Translations under genes and position numbers: made by a program
NCBI GenBank assembly: GCA_934271065.1
Contig: CAKQQQ010000004.1
Span: forward strand, 90,308-154,307
From: an uncultured Clostridia bacterium
GTDB taxonomy: Bacteria > Bacillota > Clostridia > Christensenellales > Borkfalkiaceae
Length of the DNA stretch: 64,000 nt
Direction of reading: 5' to 3'
Shown here: positions 50,939-61,114 of the stretch, piece after piece
Position numbering within the stretch: position 1 is the stretch's first letter
Layout: the number at the start of each line of letters is the position of its first letter
The notes under the pieces: model-generated
What the model was told of the DNA's origin: nothing
Databases searched by the model: none
Seen by the model: the letters and a program-made list of their open reading frames with translations, nothing else

Positions 50939-51741
50939 ACGCCGCTCTCTCCGCTTAGGGCGTTTTCGTAAAATTCCCCGTCGAAAACTTCCGCTATTTC
51001 GCTTTTAAGCGTCGCCTTGTCGGCGGAAAAGGTTACCGTAGACGTTCCGCCCGCCGTATTTACCCGTATTACGTCGCCCGCGCCGAGTTGCCGCGCGACG
51101 AACGCTATCGCCACCGCGCCGCTTCCGCAAGCCGAAGTATATCCGCTGCCGCGCTCGTATATTACGGCGTTTGCCGAGTTCCCGTCTGCGGTTACGGTTT
51201 CAACGTTTACCCCGTCCTTGAACAAGCCGATGCTTTCAACCGAAAGCGCGTAGTCGCGCGCGGAACGCGCCGCGTCCACCACGACGAGATGTTCGTTGCC
51301 CGCGTTTACGGCGAAAATCCGCTCGCGTTCCGCCGCCAACGCACGTTGCAGTTTGTCGCGGCTTAAAAATTCTTTCGGAACGGGGAAGTCCGCTTCGGCG
51401 AAAATTTTTCCGCCCTGCTCAAACAATCTTACCTTATAATCCGCCGCTTTCGCGGAGACGGTAATTTCGTCCGCGGTAACGCCGAGATATTTTTTTGCAA
51501 AGTACGCCGCGCAACGCATACCGTTGCCGCAGGTCGCGCCTTCCGAGCCGTCCGCGTTGAAAATCCGCATCTTTATCGTATAATCGTCGATTTTTTCGAC
51601 GATAATCAAACCGTCGCCGCCTATTCCTTTGCGGCGGTCGGAAAGTTTAACCGCCGCGTTTTTAAGCGCGGCGTCGGTGCAGTCGTAGTCTTTGATAAAA
51701 ACGTAATCGTTGCCGTTGGCGTGCATTTTCGAGAAAAACAT
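50935..51741 (-). CDS. dapF: Diaminopimelate epimerase
   Basis: N-terminus FSKMHANGNDYVFI, and ATGA overlap with dapL. Confidence 0.8.
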   Translation of the reverse strand: MFFSKMHANGNDYVFIKDYDCTDAALKNAAVKLSDRRKGIGGDGLIIVEKIDDYTIKMRIFNADGSEGATCGNGMRCAAYFAKKYLGVTADEITVSAKAADYKVRLFEQGGKIFAEADFPVPKEFLSRDKLQRALAAERERIFAVNAGNEHLVVVDAARSARDYALSVESIGLFKDGVNVETVTADGNSANAVIYERGSGYTSACGSGAVAIAFVARQLGAGDVIRVNTAGGTSTVTFSADKATLKSEIAEVFDGEFYENALSGESGV

Positions 51742-51827
51742 ATAACAGTATATGCCGATTTGTCGCGCCTGTTGCAAACTTTGTAAAAAAAATTATTAAA
51801 AATTTTTACTTTTTTCGTTAAAAGTAC

Positions 51828-51856
51828 TTGACAAACCGCTAAACGCGGTATATAAT
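51828..51856 (+). promoter_or_regulatory. Consensus sigmaA promoter TTGACA, 17-nt spacer, TATAAT for hsp20
   Basis: Hexamers at 51828-51833 and 51851-51856. Confidence 0.6.
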
Positions 51857-51857
51857 A

Positions 51858-51884
51858 TTGGCAGTCAAACGGTTAGAGTGCTAA
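51858..51884 (+). promoter_or_regulatory. CIRCE-like HrcA operator: TTGGCAGTC, 9-nt spacer, GAGTGCTAA
   Basis: The right half-site is an exact CIRCE half. The left half matches 7 of 9 positions. The spacing is the consensus 9 nt, and the element sits immediately after the -10 box. Confidence 0.55.
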
Positions 51885-51940
51885 CACTTGATACCGCAGA
51901 CTGCTAAAAATAAAAAATATAAAAAGGAAGGTAGATATTT

Positions 51941-52387
51941 ATGAAGAATTATATTGTAAACGCGAATCGTAACGGTAACGAGCTTGACTTTTTCGACGAC
52001 GCCTTCGGCGGATTTTTGAAACCGCTTTTTTACGAAGAAAAACATCACGCTATGAAGACGGATATTAAGGAGACCGAGACTTCTTACGTTCTCGACGTGG
52101 AAGTTCCGGGCTTTGACAAGAAAGACATCGGGGTAACGCTCGAAAACGGCTACCTGACGATCTCGGCGCAGAAGAAGACCTGCGATAAGCCCGAAGAAGA
52201 AGGCAAAGAGAAGAAGAAAGAGAATTATATAAGAAGAGAGAGAAGTTGCTCGCTTTCGCGTAGTTATTACGTCGGCGAAGTAGATAAAAACGCCGTCAAA
52301 GCGAAATACGAAAACGGCGTGTTGACGGTAGAAATACCCAAAGAAAAGCCTGCGCTTCCCGAAACCCACAGCATCGCGATTGACTGA
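51941..52387 (+). CDS. Hsp20/alpha-crystallin family small heat-shock protein
   Basis: Alpha-crystallin-domain protein of 148 aa, with an AAGGAAGG RBS. Confidence 0.85.
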   Translation: MKNYIVNANRNGNELDFFDDAFGGFLKPLFYEEKHHAMKTDIKETETSYVLDVEVPGFDKKDIGVTLENGYLTISAQKKTCDKPEEEGKEKKKENYIRRERSCSLSRSYYVGEVDKNAVKAKYENGVLTVEIPKEKPALPETHSIAID

Positions 52388-52473
52388 TCGCGGCGTAAAC
52401 AGGCGTTAAAATCAACGCCCGACGCGGGTTTGTCCATAAAAATCAACCCCGACGCCAAACAGTCGGGGGTATA

Positions 52474-52518
52474 AAAACTGCGGCGTCCGCAATATGCGGA
52501 CGCCGCAGTTTTTTATTT
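52474..52518. terminator. Bidirectional terminator between hsp20 and the araC-family gene
   Basis: AAAACTGCGGCGTCCGC-aatat-GCGGACGCCGCAGTTTT followed by TTTTAT. Confidence 0.8.
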
Positions 52519-52566
52519 AACAATTTACTTAGCCGCAACTCCCGTTACGGTTTTTGCAAAGGCAAG

Positions 52567-53361
52567 TTATCGTTTTTTTCTGTAATTGAGCGGGGATATA
52601 CCTATTTGCTTTTTGAAAATTATACCGAGATAATTAGCGGACGGAAATCCGCACAATTCCGCGATTTCGCTTACGCTTTTATCCGTAGACGACAGGTACA
52701 TTTTCGCCTTGTTGAGCCGTATATGGGTAACGTATTGAATGGGCGAACAGTTCATCTGTTCCTGAAAGCGGCGGCATAGAGTGTTTTTCGATATATAGAA
52801 TTGTTTTTGCAGAGTTTCGAGAGTGAGTTTTTGCCGATATTCTTTGTTTATAAACGCGACGACGTGCATTATGAGCGTGTCGGAGTGTTTGGAGTTATAC
52901 GTCGCGCCCGTCGGCGGAAGGGGTTGCAGAGTCTGCATTTGCAGATAAGAGATTACAGTTCGCGTAACCGACATTAAAAAATTATATTTTTGCGAAGCGT
53001 CTGCGGCTTTCGTCGCGGACGCTTCTTTAACGAGCGGAAAAATAAATTGCATCTGCTCGCGCGAAAGCGAGAACGCGCCCGTCTCGCTGATTTTCATCAG
53101 GAACGCGTTTTCGTTATCGTCAAGCAGTTTCTTGCTGACGTAAACGTTTACGCGCTCGTACGCAGAGCCTTCCGTTTTGTGCATAGAAAAGGGCGGAATA
53201 ACGCCTATCGAGCCGCTGTGCAGCAGGTACAACCTGTTTTCTATGAACAACTCTCTTTCGCCCGACAATAGAAAATAAATTTCATAATAATCGTGAAATT
53301 GCGTATACGACATATTGAACGCCTGCGTTTCGTTACGACGTTCTATTTCTAAAAATTCCAT
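52567..53361 (-). CDS. AraC-family transcriptional regulator (cupin sensor domain plus HTH_AraC)
   Basis: Two HTH motifs at the C-terminus, AAAGGAGA RBS. It is the first 264 codons of an artefactually long minus-strand ORF. Confidence 0.8.
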   Translation of the reverse strand: MEFLEIERRNETQAFNMSYTQFHDYYEIYFLLSGERELFIENRLYLLHSGSIGVIPPFSMHKTEGSAYERVNVYVSKKLLDDNENAFLMKISETGAFSLSREQMQFIFPLVKEASATKAADASQKYNFLMSVTRTVISYLQMQTLQPLPPTGATYNSKHSDTLIMHVVAFINKEYRQKLTLETLQKQFYISKNTLCRRFQEQMNCSPIQYVTHIRLNKAKMYLSSTDKSVSEIAELCGFPSANYLGIIFKKQIGISPLNYRKKR

Positions 53362-53529
53362 AATCCGAATCTCCTTTTCGCGTTTGCCCGCGTCGGCGCG
53401 GATTGCTATAAGATTATAAACGGTCGGAAAGCCCAAGTCAAGAGAAATGGTACGATTTATGTAATTTTTACTTTTTAAGTGCGTTTTGATATTGAAAAGG
53501 CGCAATAATTTTGATAAAATGTGTACGCT

Positions 53530-54699
53530 ATGATAAAACAGATAGTATGCGTTAAAGCGGTGTTGCCGAGCGGAGTATCCGATCGGACGACGGTCGCTTA
53601 CGAAAACGGTAAAATCGTGTACGTCGGCGACGAGATATTGCGCGACGCCGAGATAATCGACGGGCGCGGAGAGTATCTGCTGGCGGGGTTTATCGACCTG
53701 CATTGCCACGGCGGCGCGGGGTTTGACTTTATGGACGCCACCGCCGAAGAGATAGGTAAAATCGCGGCGTTTCACGAGTCCTGCGGAACGACTACGCTCG
53801 TTCCCACGACGATGACCGACACGGCGGAGCATATCGCCGCCGCTCTCGACGGGCTTGCCGCTTACTATTCGGCGGTCAAGGACACGCCGCTTACGGGCGC
53901 GCATCTCGAAGGGCCGTGGCTTTCGCCCGCGCAATGCGGAGCGCAGTCGCCCGAAAAAATGGATTTGCCCGCCGAAGAAAAACTGCGCGCGATTATCGGG
54001 AAATATCCGTTTGTAAGCAGAATCAGCCTTGCGCCCGAACTCGAAAACGGAATCGAAACGGGCAGAGCGGGCGCGGCGGCGGGGCTTGTGGTTTCGGCGG
54101 CGCACACCGACGCGGATTTCGATAAAATCGAAGAAGCGGCGGATAACGGTTACACGCTTATGACGCACCTGTATTCGGGTATGGCGGGCGTAACGCGTAA
54201 AAACGCTTACAGAACCGCGGGCGCGGTCGAAGCGGGGCTGTACGACGACAGACTTGCGGTAGAGATAATAGCCGACGGCAAGCATCTTCCGTCGGGGCTG
54301 CTTAAACTCGTATATAAATGTAAAGGCGCGGACGGGGTTTGTCTTATAACGGACGCCATGCGCGCGGCGGGGCTTGGCGACGGCGCGCGTTCCGTGCTCG
54401 GAAGAAAGGACGACGGTCTGCCGGTAACGGTCGAAGACGGAGTCGCCAAAACGCTCGACAGGCAAAGTTTTGCAGGGAGCGTTGCAACGACGGACAGGCT
54501 GGTAAGGACTATGGCGGGTATAGGCGTAAGTCTGACGGATATAAGCAAAATGGCGTCGGCAACGCCCGCAAGGGTAATGGGCTTTACCGATCGCGGCGCG
54601 ATAGAAGTAGGTAAACGGGCGGATTTCGTGTTTATGAACGACGCGCTCGAAGTAACGAAGGTAATACGCGGCGGAGAGATTGTCCGCGCGAAGGAGTAA
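53530..54699 (+). CDS. nagA: N-acetylglucosamine-6-phosphate deacetylase
   Basis: Amidohydrolase fold with the HxH motif (DLHCHGG) and NagA-like collinearity. The start is uncertain: either ATG 53530 or GTG 53521. Confidence 0.8.
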   Translation: MIKQIVCVKAVLPSGVSDRTTVAYENGKIVYVGDEILRDAEIIDGRGEYLLAGFIDLHCHGGAGFDFMDATAEEIGKIAAFHESCGTTTLVPTTMTDTAEHIAAALDGLAAYYSAVKDTPLTGAHLEGPWLSPAQCGAQSPEKMDLPAEEKLRAIIGKYPFVSRISLAPELENGIETGRAGAAAGLVVSAAHTDADFDKIEEAADNGYTLMTHLYSGMAGVTRKNAYRTAGAVEAGLYDDRLAVEIIADGKHLPSGLLKLVYKCKGADGVCLITDAMRAAGLGDGARSVLGRKDDGLPVTVEDGVAKTLDRQSFAGSVATTDRLVRTMAGIGVSLTDISKMASATPARVMGFTDRGAIEVGKRADFVFMNDALEVTKVIRGGEIVRAKE

Positions 54700-54702
54700 G
54701 CA

Positions 54703-55920
54703 ATGAAAAGATACGTCATCGTCGGCGCGAGCGCGCGCTGCTATATGATGTTCGTTACGCGGCTGGTCGAAAATTACGCCGGGCAGGCGAAGATAACGGG
54801 CGTATACGATATAAATAAAACGCGTTGTAAGGTTTTCAGGGACAAAATCGGCGACGATTGCGTTATTTACGACGATTTTGACAAGATGCTCGACGAGCAA
54901 CGCCCCGACGCGGTTATAGTAACCACCACGGACAACGTTCATCACGAATATATAGTCCGTTCGCTCGATAAAGGCTACGACGTCATTTCCGAAAAACCGC
55001 TGACGAACACTTACGAGCGTTGCAAGGAGATCAGAGACGCCGAAAAGCGTAGCGGGCATAGCGTTACGGTTACGTTTAACTGTCGGTTTATGCCGTACTT
55101 TTACGAACTTAAAAAGACGATCGCGTCCGGCAGGATAGGTAAGGTTCTCGCCATAAATTACGAGTATTGCCTTACCCGCTGGCACGGCGGAGATTATTTC
55201 AAGCGCTGGCACAGGCTTATGAGCAACTCGCAGGGAATGTTGCTGCATAAAAGCACGCATCATTTCGATATAGTCAACTGGCTGTTGAACGACGAGCCGC
55301 AGAAAGTTACCGCGCTTGCGAACAGAGTGTATTATAGCGACGAGACCAAACGTTTCGGCACTCGGTGCAGGGATTGTTCGCATAAGAGCGTGTGCGAGTC
55401 GGCGTTGTCGCAGACGGACGCGCTCGACAAAACGCTGTATTTCGACGCCGAAAAAGAAGACGGATATATCCGCGACCGTTGTTGTTTCGACGGCAGCGGC
55501 GATATTTACGATAATATGTCCGTTTCGGTCGCGTATAACGGCGGAACGCTGCTTACCTACACGCTGAATCTGTTTTCCGAACACGAAGGGTACAGAATGG
55601 CGATTACCGGCGAAAAAGGCGTTATAATCGCCGAGTGCTGGGAACACGGTTACGGCGTTGCGGATAAGTATAATATAGTGGTTCTGGACAGAGATTATAA
55701 AACGGAAACGATAACTTTCGATAAGGCGAACGGCACTCACGCCGGCGGCGACGATAAACTGATCGCGATGATTTTCGGCAACGAGACGAGCGATCCGCTC
55801 GGGCAGAAAGCCGACAGTTACGCCGGTATGGTTTCGGCGATGATCGGCATAGCCGCCAACGAAAGCATAAAAACGGGCAGAACCGTAGACGTGACCGAAT
55901 ATCTGGCAAGTCTTAAATAA
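54703..55920 (+). CDS. Gfo/Idh/MocA-family NAD(P)-dependent oxidoreductase
   Basis: N-terminal Rossmann fold plus the C-terminal alpha/beta domain of the family. Confidence 0.75.
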   Translation: MKRYVIVGASARCYMMFVTRLVENYAGQAKITGVYDINKTRCKVFRDKIGDDCVIYDDFDKMLDEQRPDAVIVTTTDNVHHEYIVRSLDKGYDVISEKPLTNTYERCKEIRDAEKRSGHSVTVTFNCRFMPYFYELKKTIASGRIGKVLAINYEYCLTRWHGGDYFKRWHRLMSNSQGMLLHKSTHHFDIVNWLLNDEPQKVTALANRVYYSDETKRFGTRCRDCSHKSVCESALSQTDALDKTLYFDAEKEDGYIRDRCCFDGSGDIYDNMSVSVAYNGGTLLTYTLNLFSEHEGYRMAITGEKGVIIAECWEHGYGVADKYNIVVLDRDYKTETITFDKANGTHAGGDDKLIAMIFGNETSDPLGQKADSYAGMVSAMIGIAANESIKTGRTVDVTEYLASLK

Positions 55921-55997
55921 AAACCGAAAAACGGATTGAAGGGGTACCCCTTTTCTCGTCTGACGACGAGAAAATCCCCTTAATAGGAGAAAATCAT

Positions 55998-58577
55998 ATG
56001 AGAAGAGCAGATTTCGAGCCGATTCCGTTTTATTTTCTTAACGACACGTTTAACGAGAACGAGATAAGAATCCAACTCGACGTGATGAAAGAAAAGGGCG
56101 TGAACGCGTTTTTTCTGCACGTCAGAGACGGTATTACGGACGAAACTTACGGCACGGCGGCGTTTTTCGGGCGGATAAAATTCATCGTAGAAGAAAGCGT
56201 TAAACGCGGACTTAAAGTCTGGCTTTACGACGAAGATTCCTTTCCGAGCGGCAACGCGGGCGGGCAGATAGCGATAGAACGCCCCGAATTACAGGCGTAC
56301 AGCCTTAAAGTCGTAAAACTCAAACCCGAAGAAATAGTAAACGGCGTGGCTAAAAAAGTTCTCGGCAAAGTCAGGGGCTTGTTCGGTTACGCATTGACGC
56401 GCGACGGCGATAAGGAAGTAAGCAAAAAAATTACCGATTGTTTCGGCGTGGTACGCAGATACTGGTATCGCAGGGATATGGACAAGACGTATTATTGCGA
56501 TATGCAGGGCAAATTGTTTTTCCCGCACGTCAGGGCGGGTACGTCGTATTCGGAAATAATGTTCGAAGCCGCCGTCGGCGACGCGACGGAAGTGTACGCG
56601 GCGTATCTCGAACCCGTGCGCACGGACGGGCATTACGGCTTGCAGGCGGACTGCCTTAACAGGCGCACGACCGAAGAGTTTATAGCCCGTACTCACGAAA
56701 AATACGCCGAATACGTCGGCAAGTATTTCGGCACGGCTATACCGGGCGTGTTTATGGACGAGCCTTCCGCGGGCGGGTTGCTGCCGTATACCGACGAAGT
56801 GGCGGAAAAGTTTTCCGCGGCGTTCGGCTACGACGCGACCGAGCATTATTATAAATTATCGCCCGAGTATACCGGCGACGGCAAAAAATTCCGCCGCGAG
56901 TATATAGAGACCATAACTCGGTTGTTTATAGACAATTTTATCACGCCGATAACCGAATGGTGCGAAAGTCACGGGCTTATCGCGACGGGGCATTTTTACG
57001 GCGAAGAAGATCCGCTGTCCGGCTCGCTTTGCGCGCAGAGCGTGTACCGTCAGACCAAACTTATGGGTATGCCGGGCTTTGACGTAATCGGCAGATACGT
57101 CGGCGACAGAGAGCATTGCGCGCTTATAATCGGCGCGAAGATAGTAGTTTCGTCTGCCGTGCAAAACGGCAAGGATAGGGCGATTGCCGAGTGTTTCGCG
57201 CTTAATCCGTTTAACTTCGGTTACGACGGATTGAGAAAGACGGGCGACTGGTTGTTCGCCTGTGGAATTAACGCGCTTGCGCCGCACGCTTTCCATTACG
57301 GATACGGCGCGTATCAGCGCACGGACGCGGGCAAATCGTTTTTCTTTCAGGACGCGCTTTTCGACGAATATCTCGAATTTGCCCGATATAGCGGCAGAGT
57401 GTGCGGGTTGCTTTCGGAATTTAAGCAGAAGAACGATACGCTCGTCGTACTGCCGAGTTGCGGCTTTGCGGAAGAAGTACCTTTCCCGATGCGTAACGAC
57501 GGAGTGTTCCCGAGCGAGCGCGCGAAGGCGATGCAGAGCAGGCTTTACGCGGCGGCGAGATATTTAACCGAAAATCAGATCGGCTGGGACGTTACCGACG
57601 TCAAAGGTATAAACGAAGCGTCGATCGTCGGCGGAAAAGTGGCGATAGGCGATTGTAAGTACGGCAAGGTTATATTTATACGCGGCGGCGAAGAAGAAGC
57701 CGCGGCAAGTCGCAGAATTGCCGAAACCTGCGTCGACTGCGTGACGTTTGACGGCGAGTCGTTCGACGGCTTCCCCGCGCGCAGCGGATTCGTCGGCGGC
57801 GAAAACGTGCTTGCGTTGACCAAATATCGCGGCGAAGAGCGGTTGAGATTTTTATATCAGAACGATAAGTCGTTTGCGGAAGTTACCGTTCCCGTAAAGG
57901 GAAAGACGGTTATATACGACGCGGAGCGCGACGAATACCTGAACGCCCGCCCCGTGAACGGCGAGTTGAAAGTCGGTATGCGGGGTTATCGCTCCGTAAT
58001 CGTAATAGACTGCGCTTCCGAAAGCAGAGCGGCGGATAAAGAATACGTTTACGAGCGGACGGGCGACGCGTTACTCGAATGCGAAGAGCGTCCGCAATGG
58101 GTGTATATGCCGCGCGGCGCGACGGGCGCGATAACCAGGTACGACGTGGTAATCGGCGACGGAGAAAATTCCGCGACGTTTGAAAACGTCAAGTATTCGC
58201 GTGTACGCGAACTGATCGGCACGGCGGACGAAATTTATTCCTGCGAATACGTCGTTCCTTACTTCGACGTTGCGCCGAGAGCCAAATCGAAATACCCGAT
58301 AAAAGCGGTGTATAAGGCGATTGTCGATAAAGCGGACGGAGACGAACTCGTATTGTTCGACGGCGGCACGCTTTCGGGCGATTATAAGATTTTCTGGAAC
58401 GGCAAAGAGATAACCAAAGACGAAATCAAACCTTTCAGGGTGTACGACGCCAAGAACGAAGCGTTCGCGCCCGTATGGAAGGAAGGAAAGAACGAGTTAA
58501 AAATTACGTTCGACGCAGCCGAAGAATTCGACGGCGTGAACGGAGAAATATATTTGTATAAAAAGGAGAAGGTATGA
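55998..58577 (+). CDS. Putative cytoplasmic glycoside hydrolase-like protein of 859 aa; the family was not recognised
   Basis: TIM-barrel-like N-terminus and no signal peptide. It is embedded between nagA and nagB and overlaps the nagB start (ATGA). Confidence 0.45.
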   Translation: MRRADFEPIPFYFLNDTFNENEIRIQLDVMKEKGVNAFFLHVRDGITDETYGTAAFFGRIKFIVEESVKRGLKVWLYDEDSFPSGNAGGQIAIERPELQAYSLKVVKLKPEEIVNGVAKKVLGKVRGLFGYALTRDGDKEVSKKITDCFGVVRRYWYRRDMDKTYYCDMQGKLFFPHVRAGTSYSEIMFEAAVGDATEVYAAYLEPVRTDGHYGLQADCLNRRTTEEFIARTHEKYAEYVGKYFGTAIPGVFMDEPSAGGLLPYTDEVAEKFSAAFGYDATEHYYKLSPEYTGDGKKFRREYIETITRLFIDNFITPITEWCESHGLIATGHFYGEEDPLSGSLCAQSVYRQTKLMGMPGFDVIGRYVGDREHCALIIGAKIVVSSAVQNGKDRAIAECFALNPFNFGYDGLRKTGDWLFACGINALAPHAFHYGYGAYQRTDAGKSFFFQDALFDEYLEFARYSGRVCGLLSEFKQKNDTLVVLPSCGFAEEVPFPMRNDGVFPSERAKAMQSRLYAAARYLTENQIGWDVTDVKGINEASIVGGKVAIGDCKYGKVIFIRGGEEEAAASRRIAETCVDCVTFDGESFDGFPARSGFVGGENVLALTKYRGEERLRFLYQNDKSFAEVTVPVKGKTVIYDAERDEYLNARPVNGELKVGMRGYRSVIVIDCASESRAADKEYVYERTGDALLECEERPQWVYMPRGATGAITRYDVVIGDGENSATFENVKYSRVRELIGTADEIYSCEYVVPYFDVAPRAKSKYPIKAVYKAIVDKADGDELVLFDGGTLSGDYKIFWNGKEITKDEIKPFRVYDAKNEAFAPVWKEGKNELKITFDAAEEFDGVNGEIYLYKKEKV

Positions 58578-59329
58578 AACTCATAGTAGCGCACAGTACC
58601 GAAGAAATGGCAAAACTTTCAGCAAAACAGGCGGCGGACGTCCTTAACGCGGCGATCGCCGAAAAGGGATCGGCAAGATTACTGCTTTCCACGGGCGCGT
58701 CCCAACTCGAATTTTTCAAAGAATTCGTAAAGCAGGACGTGGCGTGGCATAAAGTCGTTATGTTCCACCTTGACGAATACGTCGGAATATCCCCCGATCA
58801 CCCCGCGAGTTTCAATAACTATCTCACGAAGCGATTCGTCGAACAGGTTTTACCCGGCGAAGTGCATCTTATCTGCGGTTTAGACGATCCGTTCAAGACG
58901 ATAGCGAAACTTACCGAACTCGTGAACGAACGCGAAATCGATCTCGGTATGATAGGCATCGGCGAGAACGCGCATATAGCGTTCAACGATCCGCCTGCGG
59001 ATTTTAACGATCCGAGATCTTATAAGATAGTCACGCTTGCGCCGAGATGTCTGCAACAGCAGGTCGGCGAAGGTTGGTTCAAGTCGGTAGACGATACCTA
59101 TAAACAGGCTATATCGATGACTTGTCCGCAGATTATGAAGTGCAAACACATCTTATGCGTCGTACCGTATAAAGTAAAAGCCGAAGCGATATATAAGACT
59201 TTTACGAACGACGTTACCGAAGAAATCCCCGCGACGCTGCTTAAAAAGCACGACGACGTAACCGTATGGTGCGATCCCGATTCTGCGTCGGAATTGCCGA
59301 AAGAAGTCGTTGCGGAATATTCTAAATAA
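58574..59329 (+). CDS. nagB: Glucosamine-6-phosphate deaminase
   Basis: Collinear with E. coli NagB (LLSTGASQLEFF; MFHLDEYVGI). Confidence 0.8.
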   Translation: MKLIVAHSTEEMAKLSAKQAADVLNAAIAEKGSARLLLSTGASQLEFFKEFVKQDVAWHKVVMFHLDEYVGISPDHPASFNNYLTKRFVEQVLPGEVHLICGLDDPFKTIAKLTELVNEREIDLGMIGIGENAHIAFNDPPADFNDPRSYKIVTLAPRCLQQQVGEGWFKSVDDTYKQAISMTCPQIMKCKHILCVVPYKVKAEAIYKTFTNDVTEEIPATLLKKHDDVTVWCDPDSASELPKEVVAEYSK

Positions 59330-59356
59330 TCCGTCTTGCGGATACAGGAGGAAAAA

Positions 59357-61084
59357 ATGAAAAAAATCAAAAAAGCAATTGCCGGAATAATCGTTTCCGC
59401 GCTCGCGTTTACCGCGACGTTCTCGTTTACGGGTTGTTTCCGCAAAGAAAAACTCGTCCGCGACGAAAAGACGATAAATATCCGCGCGTGTATAGGCGGT
59501 TACGGCGATTCGTGGTTGAGAGCGCTTGCGGACAAGTTCAACGAAGTTTACGCAGATAAGGGTTATAAAGCCAACGTTCTTGCAAGTTCGACCGATCTCG
59601 AAGAAAAAGTCGCGATGAAAGAGTTGTATACCAAGGACGACTGGGCGGATTTGTATTTCGTCAACGTAAACAACACTATGTCCAAATTTACCGCCGAAGG
59701 CGGCGAATACGGTCAACTCGTAGCGGATCTTACCGATACCGTATGGAATCGCCCCGCGATCAATTTCAAAGGCGAAGAAGAGAGCGGAAAACTCATTTCC
59801 GAAAAGATGCGCGTATCCCTTCCCGACGACGTGCTTAAAGTAAACGGCAGAGTTTACGGGTTCAACACGAGCAACGATATCGGCGGAATGATAGTAAATA
59901 CCGCCAAACTCGCGAAATACGGCGTGAACAGAATCCCCAAGACCACCAACGAACTTTTCAAAACGTTCGAACTCATCTATACGGGCGACGCTTCTCGTGG
60001 CATCAAAGGCTCGCTCGAATCACAGATCTATCCCGTAACCTTTCTCGGCGGAGACAACGGTTATCCGATACACTTCGTAACGGCGTGGCAGGCGCAGTAT
60101 GCGGGCATTGCCGATTACGAGCGTTTTTACGGCTACACCGACGAGAACGGCAAAGAGATGATAGACGACGGCTATAAGGTTTACGGCAAAGAGAACGTAT
60201 CGCTCGAAAAAATGCTCGAAGCGATGTTCAATATGTACGACAAGTCGTTCGTCGCGCTCGGTTCTAACAACAATACGATCGATACCGCGCATACGAAACT
60301 TATGAGCGATAAGGGCGGAGCGGTGTTTATGTCCGACGGTAACTGGGCGTATAACGAAATAATTACCAACTATCAGGAAAGAATAGAAAACCTTGCCTTT
60401 GCTAACGTTCCCGTACTTTCCGCCGTCGGCGTTAAACTGTTCGGCAAACAGACCGCTTACGGCTTTGACGACGATTTGTGCGAAGAGATTTTGTCGCTGG
60501 TTATCGACAAGACCGACGAAGGCAAAACCGCCGAAACGATAGTAGACGAAGTTAAGACCGAAAAGGGACTTATTCTTAATGAAGCCGAAGTAACCGAAGT
60601 TATGAAGGCGCGCGGAATATACTGTTCGCGTTCGTCTCTGGCGGCGGGCGCGTTCGTAGCCGAAAAGTCGAAAGTAAAAGAGATCTGTTATCTGTTTTTA
60701 AGAATGTTCGCCAGCGACGACAACGCCACGCTTTACAACAGAGAATGTAACGGTTTCACGGCGTATATGTCCGATTTTTCGCAGGCGAAGGATACGGCGT
60801 ATAACAAACAATGCAAGGCTATCGTCGAAAGCGAATACGCCACGCCCGTGTGGATGAACGCAACCGATTTAAGACTTAAAGTAGGGCATAACAACCTTAT
60901 ATTCCCGAACTCCGACCTGTCTTTCGTCAGTAAGATCATAGGTAAGGGCTCGACGATTTATAAGGACGGCAAAAAGACGGGCGATAAATCTCTGTATACC
61001 AAAAACGCCGACGAAATGCTCGCGGAAGTCCGTAAATATGCCGAAGAGCATTGGGCGGAATGGATAAAAGACGTCAAGAAATAA
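59357..61084 (+). CDS. Large lipoprotein SBP of a carbohydrate ABC transporter, paralogous to 12378-14072
   Basis: Lipobox FTGCF, AGGAGG RBS, and the same family pattern as the first SBP. Confidence 0.8.
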   Translation: MKKIKKAIAGIIVSALAFTATFSFTGCFRKEKLVRDEKTINIRACIGGYGDSWLRALADKFNEVYADKGYKANVLASSTDLEEKVAMKELYTKDDWADLYFVNVNNTMSKFTAEGGEYGQLVADLTDTVWNRPAINFKGEEESGKLISEKMRVSLPDDVLKVNGRVYGFNTSNDIGGMIVNTAKLAKYGVNRIPKTTNELFKTFELIYTGDASRGIKGSLESQIYPVTFLGGDNGYPIHFVTAWQAQYAGIADYERFYGYTDENGKEMIDDGYKVYGKENVSLEKMLEAMFNMYDKSFVALGSNNNTIDTAHTKLMSDKGGAVFMSDGNWAYNEIITNYQERIENLAFANVPVLSAVGVKLFGKQTAYGFDDDLCEEILSLVIDKTDEGKTAETIVDEVKTEKGLILNEAEVTEVMKARGIYCSRSSLAAGAFVAEKSKVKEICYLFLRMFASDDNATLYNRECNGFTAYMSDFSQAKDTAYNKQCKAIVESEYATPVWMNATDLRLKVGHNNLIFPNSDLSFVSKIIGKGSTIYKDGKKTGDKSLYTKNADEMLAEVRKYAEEHWAEWIKDVKK

Positions 61085-61114
61085 ACGCCGCGCGGCGGCT
61101 GGGAGGCTTATGCG

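Noticed and set aside
52567-55740. 1057-aa ORF on the minus strand
   Set aside because: Only its last 264 codons (the AraC regulator, start 53361 with a strong RBS) are real. The rest is antisense to well-supported nagA and oxidoreductase genes and is an artefact of a stop-poor GC-rich frame.
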